From contig JBBTVX010000001.1 in NCBI GenBank assembly GCA_038063015.1, forward strand, positions 2,772 through 66,771: a stretch of 64,000 nucleotides of DNA. Reading direction: 5' to 3'. The position numbers and the translations under genes were made by a program. Below are positions 38,279 through 45,751 of the stretch, in pieces (the first letter of the stretch is position 1; every line of letters begins with the position of its first letter). This DNA is from Patescibacteria group bacterium (GTDB lineage Bacteria > Patescibacteriota > Minisyncoccia > Minisyncoccales > Staskawiczbacteraceae). The notes beneath the pieces were generated by a model. The model did no database searches and was not told where the DNA came from. It saw only the letters and a list, made by a program, of their open reading frames with translations.

Positions 38279-39396
38279 ATTATTTTTTTAATTGAATTAA
38301 TAACATATTGAATATCTTTATTAGCCATCTTGGGAAAAAGAGACAAAGTGATTGCTCTTTCATAATATTTTTCAGCTTTTGGGAAATCACCTTTTTTGTA
38401 CCCAAATTCCTTTTTATAAAATGGATGAAGGTGCAAAGGCATATAATGAACCTGCGCGCCGATTCCTTGCTCCTGCAAAGCATCAAATATATTCCTCCTG
38501 GAATGCTCTTGAACTTGAATAGGATATATGTGCCATGCTGATTTTACGTAATCTTTTTCTGTCGGCAATATAATTTCTTTGATATTTTGGAACGCTTTAT
38601 TATATTTAACCGCAATTTCTCTTCTTTTTTTTAAAAATTTATCTATTTTTTTTAACTGGCTTAAGCCCAAGGCGCATTGAAAATCAGTAAGGCGATAATT
38701 ATAACCGATGTCTTTTATTTCATAATACCATTTGCCGTTTTCCGGCTTTTTTATTATTCCGTGATGCCTGAATGTTTTCAATTTTTCGTAAAAATCTTTA
38801 TTGTTTGTCAGTATCATTCCTCCTTCTCCTGTTGTAATATGTTTTACCGGATGAAAACTTAAAATTGTTATATCGGCCAAACTTCCAATTTTCTTTCCTT
38901 TGTATTCTGCCCCTAAAGCGTGGCAGGCGTCTTCTATAACTAACAATTTATATTTCTTGGCGATTTTTAAAATTTTGTCATAATCGCAGGGATGGCCGGC
39001 AAAATCAACTAAAACTATTGCTTTTGTTCTTTTTGTTATTTTTTTCTCAATTTTTTCCGGGTCAATGTTCAAAGTATCTTCTTTAACATCGGAAAAAATC
39101 GGCCTAGCCCCTAAAACCACCATCATGTTGGCGGTGGCGGCAAAAGTTAAAGGAGTAGTTATTATTTCGTCTCTCGCATTAATGCCAGCCACGCTGTATG
39201 CCGAATGGAGGGCGGCTGTTCCCGATGAAACTGCCACTGCGTATTTTGCTCCGCAGTATTTAGCAATTGCCTTTTCAAACTCTTCAACCTTTGGACCCTG
39301 GGTCAGCCAATCGCTTCTTAAAGCTTTCACAACTTCTTTTATATCCTCTTCGTCCACCCATTGGCGGCCATATGAAATTATTGGAATTTTAGCCAT
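38275..39396 (-). CDS. pseC: UDP-4-amino-4,6-dideoxy-N-acetyl-beta-L-altrosamine transaminase-like (PseC-type DegT aminotransferase)
   Basis: IPIISYGRQWVDEEDIKEVVKALRSDWLTQGPKVEEFE, SFHPVKHITTGEGG, YNYRLTDFQCALGLSQL. Start set at ATG 39396 because the track start 39444 is a TTG. Confidence 0.75.
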   Translation of the reverse strand: MAKIPIISYGRQWVDEEDIKEVVKALRSDWLTQGPKVEEFEKAIAKYCGAKYAVAVSSGTAALHSAYSVAGINARDEIITTPLTFAATANMMVVLGARPIFSDVKEDTLNIDPEKIEKKITKRTKAIVLVDFAGHPCDYDKILKIAKKYKLLVIEDACHALGAEYKGKKIGSLADITILSFHPVKHITTGEGGMILTNNKDFYEKLKTFRHHGIIKKPENGKWYYEIKDIGYNYRLTDFQCALGLSQLKKIDKFLKKRREIAVKYNKAFQNIKEIILPTEKDYVKSAWHIYPIQVQEHSRRNIFDALQEQGIGAQVHYMPLHLHPFYKKEFGYKKGDFPKAEKYYERAITLSLFPKMANKDIQYVINSIKKII

Positions 39397-40322
39397 TGCG
39401 TTGTTTTTAATATTCCCTGTTCCAAATTTATTGTTGGTTTCCAATTTAAAACATCTTCTGCTTTGCTTGAATCGGCGCGCATATTCATTACTTCGGCATG
39501 AGGATGATGGTGCTTAATAAACTTTATTTCTATTTTATCGTCGGCTATCTTTTCTGCTAAATCCTTTATTTTCACCTCTATCCCAGAACCGGCATTAAAA
39601 ATCTGTCCAATCGCTTTATCGCTGAAACAGGCTCTGGCAATAAATTCAGCGCAATCTTCTATATAGAAAAAGTCTCTTCCTTGTTCCCCGTCTCCAAAAA
39701 TCTCTAACGGCTCTCCTTTGAGCTTCTTATTAATAAATATGCTCATTACTCCTCCCTCGGAATCGCTCCTTTGATAAGGACCGTAAATGCTAAACGGCCT
39801 TAGAATAACAACCGGTAAATTATATGTTTTAGAATATGACATTACAAGGTTTTCGCCGTTAATTTTACTGGCTGTATACGGACATGAAGCGTAAAGAGCA
39901 TGCTCTTCCGTTATTTTACGGCCCGGTTCGGCTGTTTTATAAACTAAAGCGGAGCTTGCAAAAACCATTTTTACATTATGTTTTCTGCATTGTTCAAGAA
40001 TGTTAAAGGTGCCCAAACAATTGTCATTAAAGCTTTTTTCCGGATTATCAATGCTCTCCTGCACGTCTATTGCCGCGGCAAAATGAATGCATATATCAAA
40101 ATTATTTTTAAAAAGTTCTGAAACTAATTCTTTATCTTTTATATCTCCTATTATAAAATCCTCTAATTTATCTCTAAATTCTTCGATGTTTTTTTCAGAG
40201 CCGTTTGAAAGGTTGTCTAAAATCCAAATTTTATGTCCTTTATTGAGCAGATTTTTCGCAGTCCAACGGCCCATAAAACCCGCTCCTCCTGTTATTAAAA
40301 TATTTTTAACCTTTATATCCAT
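39378..40322 (-). CDS. NAD-dependent nucleotide-sugar epimerase/dehydratase/reductase (extended SDR)
   Basis: ILITGGAGFMG, ASSALVYK, YTASKINGE (YxxxK). Confidence 0.8.
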   Translation of the reverse strand: MDIKVKNILITGGAGFMGRWTAKNLLNKGHKIWILDNLSNGSEKNIEEFRDKLEDFIIGDIKDKELVSELFKNNFDICIHFAAAIDVQESIDNPEKSFNDNCLGTFNILEQCRKHNVKMVFASSALVYKTAEPGRKITEEHALYASCPYTASKINGENLVMSYSKTYNLPVVILRPFSIYGPYQRSDSEGGVMSIFINKKLKGEPLEIFGDGEQGRDFFYIEDCAEFIARACFSDKAIGQIFNAGSGIEVKIKDLAEKIADDKIEIKFIKHHHPHAEVMNMRADSSKAEDVLNWKPTINLEQGILKTTQWLKFQ

Positions 40323-41727
40323 AATCCCACCAATTTACAGGTAAATTATATTTTTGCATTTTATCTTGAACGGCTTTAAAAGCTTTCTTTTTAAATTCCT
40401 CAATTTCTGGAGCTGTAATATCATAGGGCTCGCCAACGCTGGTATTGCAATCATAAAGCTCCCAGTCCTTATGAAATATCCTATATCTAAATTTTTCTGG
40501 ATTCCTGAATATCTCTGTTCCCGGATTTGGAGCTAACAAATTAAACTCTGCTCTTGAATTTTCCACAATTAATTTAAACGACATCATTTCAAGAAGTTTT
40601 TTAAAATTCTTTTTTACTGTGGTAAAAGTGGCGTCGCAACATTTTAAAGCAATATCAAGCGTCTGCTCAAGGGTTTGTTTTGTTTCTCCTGGAAGCCCCA
40701 AAATAAATCCGGCGTGAAACAGCATTTCGTTTCTCTGAAACATTTCGGCGATTTCTAATATCTTAGACACGGTAATAGCCCTCTTGTTAACTTTCAGAAC
40801 TTCGTCCGAACCCGACTCCATTCCTATATAAAGATTGGTACATCCCGCTTCTTTCAATTTTACAAGAATTTCGTCAGTAATGCCGTCTGGCCTTGTTGCT
40901 GCCCGAAATTGTCCAACATTCTTACTTTTTATTAATTCTAAAACTTGTTTTGTGCGGTCCGGAAATAAGCCCATAAATTCGTCCTCATATCTTATCTCAA
41001 GTTTTGGATTTAACGAAAGAGCAAGCTCTAGCTCTTGCGATATTGTATTCGCGGGACGACAGCGAATTCCTCTTCCGTGCACTGACGGCAATTCGCAAAA
41101 AGCGCAATTATGAGGGCACCCTCGCGTACACATTAAAACAACATAGGCATATTTTTTCATATCAAGCATATCATATGCCGGTATAGGTATTTCTTCGGGA
41201 TTTAACAATGGGCCCATCGGATTATCAATAATTTGGCCGTTTTCTCTAAAACTGATGCCTTGTATTTGAGAAAAAGGTTTGCCTTGTGAAAGCTCAAATA
41301 AAGGACGCTCTCCCTCTCCTCTGACAACAACGTCTACCCATGGACACTCATTTAAGGTTTCGTGAGCCATAAATGTAACATGCACGCCCCCAATTACCAC
41401 TATTGTTTTCGGCTCTGCCTCTTTTACCGCTTTGGCTATTTTCGTTGCGGGAATATACGATATTGTTGTTGATGTTATTCCAACAATGTGCGGTTTAGAG
41501 TCGTTAATATAATATTTTACAACCTGTTGTATCTCGTTTATTGAGCGAGAGAGAAGAGATGGTTTTTCATACTGCATCTGTTTTGTGTCCAAAACATCAA
41601 CTTTTACTCCTGCTTTGCGCAGATAGGCCGCTAAATACATAAGCCCCTTGGGAGGAAACTGCGTCAACCAGTTTATATCCCAGGGTCTTTCTGGAAATGG
41701 CGGGTCTATTAATAAAATATTCAACAT
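40306..41727 (-). CDS. Class B (cobalamin-binding domain) radical SAM enzyme
   Basis: N-terminal B12-binding-like region (HIVGITSTT...VVIGGVHVT) and the radical SAM motif CPHNCAFC. Confidence 0.75.
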   Translation of the reverse strand: MLNILLIDPPFPERPWDINWLTQFPPKGLMYLAAYLRKAGVKVDVLDTKQMQYEKPSLLSRSINEIQQVVKYYINDSKPHIVGITSTTISYIPATKIAKAVKEAEPKTIVVIGGVHVTFMAHETLNECPWVDVVVRGEGERPLFELSQGKPFSQIQGISFRENGQIIDNPMGPLLNPEEIPIPAYDMLDMKKYAYVVLMCTRGCPHNCAFCELPSVHGRGIRCRPANTISQELELALSLNPKLEIRYEDEFMGLFPDRTKQVLELIKSKNVGQFRAATRPDGITDEILVKLKEAGCTNLYIGMESGSDEVLKVNKRAITVSKILEIAEMFQRNEMLFHAGFILGLPGETKQTLEQTLDIALKCCDATFTTVKKNFKKLLEMMSFKLIVENSRAEFNLLAPNPGTEIFRNPEKFRYRIFHKDWELYDCNTSVGEPYDITAPEIEEFKKKAFKAVQDKMQKYNLPVNWWDYGYKG

Positions 41728-42728
41728 AAATCTACTTCTGTTTCTAATAATTTATTTATTGCTTCTTGCGATATAAATTTACCCTTATTTGAAGAAACAA
41801 CGGGATTCTCAATAGATTTCATGTCCTGATATTTTACTCTAACTCGCGAATAATCAAGCATTGGAAAAATAACATACATATCATCTGATTCTACCGACCG
41901 GGAAAGCTCTTCTTCTGACATTATGTGTTCATGTATTTTTTCGCCCTCGCCTTTTTCTGTAATAATTGTCTCTGTTTTTTTGCCATTGGCATATCTATTT
42001 GTCATTGCCTCTGCCAAATCAACAACTTTCAATGTTTTCATTTTCCAAACAAAAGTTTCTCCTCCTTTTACAAGCTCAATGGCTTTAAAAATTAAACTTA
42101 CCGCTTCTTGCATTGTAATCACAAAACGGGTCATCTCTTTGTTGGTAATTGTAATGGGAACTCCGTCCTCAATCTGTTTTTTAAAACGAGGGATAACCGA
42201 ACCATTGGACCCTATCACATTTCCAAAACGCACAGAAGCAAACAGTGTTTTTTTATCTCCTTTATAATAATTCGCCGAAGAAATAAGTTTTTCTCCCAAA
42301 AGCTTAGTCATGCCCATTACGCTTAATGGCTGAGCCGCTTTGTCGGTGCTGGAAAAAATTACTTTTTCAACATTTTCATTTCTGGCGCAATCTATAACGT
42401 TCTGTAAACCCTTTATGTTTGTTTTTACTGCTTCAAAAGGATTATATTCACAAGCATATACATGCTTCATTGCCGCTAAATGAACAACGATATCAATTCC
42501 CTCCATTGCAAGTTTTAATCTGTCAAAATCTCTCACGTCGCCAATTAAATAACGCAACCTTTCTTCTCCGATAAAACTATTCTTTAATTTATATATCTCA
42601 TTTTCCGATAAATCAAAAACACGGATAACATTTACATCATGCTTCAACATTTCTTTAATCAGCGCTTTGCCAACCGAACCAGCTCCGCCGGTTACCAATA
42701 TTTTTTTATTTTTTAATTCTTCTTGCAT
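41721..42728 (-). CDS. pseB: UDP-N-acetylglucosamine 4,6-dehydratase (inverting), FlaA1/PseB/CapD-short type
   Basis: ILVTGGAGSVGKAL, YLIGDVRDFDRL, HLAAMKHVYACEYNPFEAVKTNI, STDKAA, MGMTKLLGE, RFGNVIGSNGSVIP. It aligns closely by eye with PseB-type proteins. Confidence 0.8.
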   Translation of the reverse strand: MQEELKNKKILVTGGAGSVGKALIKEMLKHDVNVIRVFDLSENEIYKLKNSFIGEERLRYLIGDVRDFDRLKLAMEGIDIVVHLAAMKHVYACEYNPFEAVKTNIKGLQNVIDCARNENVEKVIFSSTDKAAQPLSVMGMTKLLGEKLISSANYYKGDKKTLFASVRFGNVIGSNGSVIPRFKKQIEDGVPITITNKEMTRFVITMQEAVSLIFKAIELVKGGETFVWKMKTLKVVDLAEAMTNRYANGKKTETIITEKGEGEKIHEHIMSEEELSRSVESDDMYVIFPMLDYSRVRVKYQDMKSIENPVVSSNKGKFISQEAINKLLETEVDLC

Positions 42729-42739
42729 GAAATTTTAGC

Positions 42740-43834
42740 TTAGCTTATACAACCCAGTCGCTCAAAGGCGCGAGCCAGCTCTTCTGGTGTCGCCTTATGG
42801 GGAATACGCAGTACGCGACAAGGCGCGCCAGACACTGCCTTCTCCAAAATAACGCGAGCGCGCCAAAAATCAGCTCCGAGGTCTTCTAAACCCAAAGACC
42901 CCATTTCAAAAAGTCGCTTAAGGTCGTTTTCAAGCTCTTGGTAGAGAACAGCAAAAATGCGACGGGCCATCCATGTCCCGTTTTGTTCCTCTATTGAGAA
43001 ATCAGGAACATGACATCTAAGAAGCAATATTGTTTTTGTGACAGATCCTTTTGTTCCCAAACATTTTGCATCAAATATTTGTTCAGCGGGCACAATATCT
43101 ACATAGTCTCGGCGGATAAAAGGAATAAAGGCAATTCTATTGTAAACTCCCTTACTCTTGAGAAATTTATCAATAATCCCCCGGAATGGAACGTTAGCGT
43201 AGAGGTTCCATATAATGGAACGAGTGACGCGTTTTTTCAAACTCATGTGTTTGCGAGAAGCGAATAACTCGGGATAAACCGAACTATGATATTCCTTAAG
43301 CACGAATGCTTTATGAAACGCCAAACACATGCCGGATTCTGTGAGCGCTATCATGTCGTCGCCCAGCAGTTTATACCCTTTTTCTTTTACGAGGAAACCA
43401 GAGAGCGCTGTTTTGCCAACTCCTCCGCAACCTGCTAAAATAGTAACGCCTCCCGCGGGGTTTTGCAGGGCAGCCGCATGGGCGAACGAAATGCCGTTAC
43501 TAATAAAAAGTTGTTGAATAAGACCGGTAAAAGAAAACATGGCATCGGTGTATACGGCGTATCCCGTCGGTTTTTTTTCTATTGCCAAGCGAGAGTCGCG
43601 GTTCGCGCACCACGAATCTCTGCCACCTTCTGAATTTTGGAATATCTCGTTTTCTTGAGGAAAAGAAAACATCTCAAAAGGATTAACCAATATCATCAAG
43701 GGGTTAGAATGGTCTTGTTCAGAACTTTTAAAAGACCCCAACTGCCGATTGATTGATTTCAAAACCCACGGACGAATTTTTGGATTGACGCGCACGGTTA
43801 TAAGATCGTGAATGTGGTATACGTGTTCATTCAT
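42740..43834 (-). CDS. HprK-like P-loop protein (uncharacterised), compositionally atypical
   Basis: LAGCGGVGKTALSG followed by LLGDDMIAL resembles the HPr-kinase C-terminal-domain Walker-A plus GDD arrangement. The N-terminal 130 aa give no call. GC is visibly higher than in neighbouring genes. Confidence 0.4.
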   Translation of the reverse strand: MNEHVYHIHDLITVRVNPKIRPWVLKSINRQLGSFKSSEQDHSNPLMILVNPFEMFSFPQENEIFQNSEGGRDSWCANRDSRLAIEKKPTGYAVYTDAMFSFTGLIQQLFISNGISFAHAAALQNPAGGVTILAGCGGVGKTALSGFLVKEKGYKLLGDDMIALTESGMCLAFHKAFVLKEYHSSVYPELFASRKHMSLKKRVTRSIIWNLYANVPFRGIIDKFLKSKGVYNRIAFIPFIRRDYVDIVPAEQIFDAKCLGTKGSVTKTILLLRCHVPDFSIEEQNGTWMARRIFAVLYQELENDLKRLFEMGSLGLEDLGADFWRARVILEKAVSGAPCRVLRIPHKATPEELARAFERLGCIS

Positions 43835-43840
43835 AAAAAA

Positions 43841-44089
43841 TTACCACTTTTCAATGGCTTCTCTGGTTTTATTTTTTAATTTTTTGTAAACTTTAAAAAC
43901 GTTCAGCTCCAATTTTGGAGAAATAAGCTTCAAAATTTCATCGCCCCAAATCCTATATTGACCGGAAACTTTATAAGCTTCTATTATGCCGCTCTTTATC
44001 ATTCTTTTCATTGTGCTGTCGCTAACTTTTAAGAAGTCGCGGGCCTCTTTTGGCGTATAAACTTTCCCTGGCTTAATTTCTTCTACCAT
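43841..44089 (-). CDS. Small helix-turn-helix DNA-binding protein (excisionase/MerR-like HTH_17 type)
   Basis: 82 aa with YTPKEARDFLKVSDSTMKRMIKSGIIEAYKVSGQYRI. Confidence 0.6.
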   Translation of the reverse strand: MVEEIKPGKVYTPKEARDFLKVSDSTMKRMIKSGIIEAYKVSGQYRIWGDEILKLISPKLELNVFKVYKKLKNKTREAIEKW

Positions 44090-44095
44090 GATTTA

Positions 44096-44124
44096 ATGAT
44101 AAACCCCCCTTAACTTAATGTCAA
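44096..44124 (-). promoter_or_regulatory. Sigma-70-like promoter predicted to give a leaderless mRNA for the HTH gene
   Basis: The minus strand reads TTGACA (44124-44119), a 17-nt spacer, TATCAT (44101-44096), then 6 nt to the ATG at 44089. AT-rich background makes chance matches possible. Confidence 0.4.
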
Positions 44125-44160
44125 GAGAGGTCAAAAAGTATCATTTGAATAGTAGTTTGG

Positions 44161-44724
44161 TTAAGTTTGAACAGGAACGATGCTGTTTGCTTTTGCTTTA
44201 AACTTTTTTTTAATTAAAATCGTCGCCGCTTCATAAGCGCCGAAAAAAGCGCCTACATAAAATAAGTCTCCCAATAATGTATTTCTGAAAAACGGCAAAG
44301 CCATAATATAAGACTGAATTATTCCAGAAAAAGTTTTGGCATACCAGGGAGAAAAAGCCCAGACCGCGAAATTAGTAATAAGAAAAAACAAAACAGAAGA
44401 CAAAATTGCGGCTCCCGCAACTGTCTGCCATTTTTTGCGCTTTTTTAGCCAAAAACCCAAAATTGTACATAAAATAAAACTCCCATAAACCGCAGTCATT
44501 ATTTTTAAGTCATAAAAACCAATAAATACATCGGAAATCAACATTGCCAAAACTGGCAAAAAAAGAGCTATTTTTTTAGAAAAATAAACTCCGCCAAATA
44601 GAGCAATAGCGGCTATGGGCGTAAAATTAGGAGCGTGGGGAATAATCCTCAAACTAACTCCTATTAGAATAAAAAATAAAGCGATAATAAACTCTAAAAT
44701 TTTTCCGTTTTTTGAGATTTCCAT
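44161..44724 (-). CDS. Small polytopic membrane protein (DUF6580-like), candidate cobalamin transporter / ECF-S-like component
   Basis: 187 aa with about 6 TM segments and the IPHAPNFTPIAAIALFGG motif. It is the last gene of the riboswitch-controlled operon. Function is inferred from context. Confidence 0.4.
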   Translation of the reverse strand: MEISKNGKILEFIIALFFILIGVSLRIIPHAPNFTPIAAIALFGGVYFSKKIALFLPVLAMLISDVFIGFYDLKIMTAVYGSFILCTILGFWLKKRKKWQTVAGAAILSSVLFFLITNFAVWAFSPWYAKTFSGIIQSYIMALPFFRNTLLGDLFYVGAFFGAYEAATILIKKKFKAKANSIVPVQT

Positions 44725-44747
44725 AGATTTATTGATTAGTTTTAATA

Positions 44748-45209
44748 TTAAAATTGCGATTTTTCAAATTTGAATTCAATTTTGTCTCCGGATTTTATAA
44801 TCATCTTGTCTGCGGAAACCATAGGCGTTTCCCCATTGATATAGTATAGCCAATATTTTCCGCCTTGTCCATTTTCTTTGTCTCCGATTGCTTCGATCAT
44901 AATTCCTATATCATAGGTTTTGGTTTTCAAAACCATGTTTAATTCTTCTGTTTTATTTTTTAATAAATCAAAGGCGGTCTCTCCTTCAACAAATTCAACT
45001 TCAAAGGTTTTTGGTTCTTTTTCTCCATCGTTAATTGTCAGCTTCGCTTTTTTTTCTGCTTCTACTGCTTTTGATTTTGCCGTTTTTAAAACATTGCTAT
45101 TTTCCCTTTCTTCAACACCGAGCTGCGATGAATTATTAGAAAACAACAGCCAACTGCCAACAATAATAATTATTCCCAAACCAACTATGATATAAATATT
45201 TTTTTTCAT
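44748..45209 (-). CDS. Secreted/anchored DUF4430 (transcobalamin beta-domain-like) protein
   Basis: N-terminal TM/signal segment. C-terminus has ETAFDLLKNK...GGKYWLYYINGETPMVSADKMIIKSGDKIEFKF, typical of DUF4430. Confidence 0.65.
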   Translation of the reverse strand: MKKNIYIIVGLGIIIIVGSWLLFSNNSSQLGVEERENSNVLKTAKSKAVEAEKKAKLTINDGEKEPKTFEVEFVEGETAFDLLKNKTEELNMVLKTKTYDIGIMIEAIGDKENGQGGKYWLYYINGETPMVSADKMIIKSGDKIEFKFEKSQF

Positions 45210-45211
45210 TT

Positions 45212-45751
45212 TTAAAGTTTCGCTTTTTTATTTTTTCCTATTAAAAGACCGAAAAGAATTAAAATTAAGATAACGCCAAAAATATAAATTAAACTTTGCT
45301 GATTTTTAAATAATCCCTTAAAATTTTCTAAGACAGATGCCATCCAAAAATTAGACTTTTTTTCCGAAACTCTGACCTCTATAGGGATTTTTACGCCAGC
45401 ATTGGCTTTAAATTCTCTTTCGGATAAGGGTTTGGCCACCACTGAAATCGTGGTAAAGAAAACTCCTGTTTCTTTGCTTTCAATTTCTAAAATTGCTTTT
45501 TGAGACTTTTTGGCTTCCAAAATAAAGCTTTCCGGTTTTATTTTAACCCAATCAGAAAAATTATCAAGATAAACTTCAAGTAAGGCCACGTTGTCTCCCG
45601 GATTTTCTATTGTTATTTCTTTTTTAGTTAAACTTGCGCTGGTTTCAATTTTTATCTCCGAAGGGCTTACTTTAATTGATACCGCCTCAACAGAATTAGC
45701 GGTTAAAAAAGAAATTATTATTAATATTAAAATTAACAGATTTTTTTTCAT
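45212..45751 (-). CDS. Secreted beta-rich protein with C-terminal TM anchor (unknown function)
   Basis: Signal peptide MKKNLLILILIIISFLTANSVEA and C-terminal IYIFGVILILILFGLLIGKNKK. ATG 45751 forms an ATGA overlap with the upstream stop. The track start 45766 is a TTG. Confidence 0.5.
   Translation of the reverse strand: MKKNLLILILIIISFLTANSVEAVSIKVSPSEIKIETSASLTKKEITIENPGDNVALLEVYLDNFSDWVKIKPESFILEAKKSQKAILEIESKETGVFFTTISVVAKPLSEREFKANAGVKIPIEVRVSEKKSNFWMASVLENFKGLFKNQQSLIYIFGVILILILFGLLIGKNKKAKL

Noticed and set aside
9306-39517. Long plus-strand ORFs antisense to minus-strand genes (for example 9306-9674, 12024-12395, 20027-20461, 32113-32571, 39065-39517)
   Set aside because: Each lies entirely inside a minus-strand gene that has strong family motifs. 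Their translations are Ser/Phe/Leu/Ile-rich shadow frames with no motifs. They are typical antisense artefacts.
43841-44089. Excisionase-like HTH as a marker of a prophage or integrative island boundary
   Set aside because: No integrase, recombinase, att-like direct repeats or tRNA target is present in the window. It is treated only as a small DNA-binding regulator.
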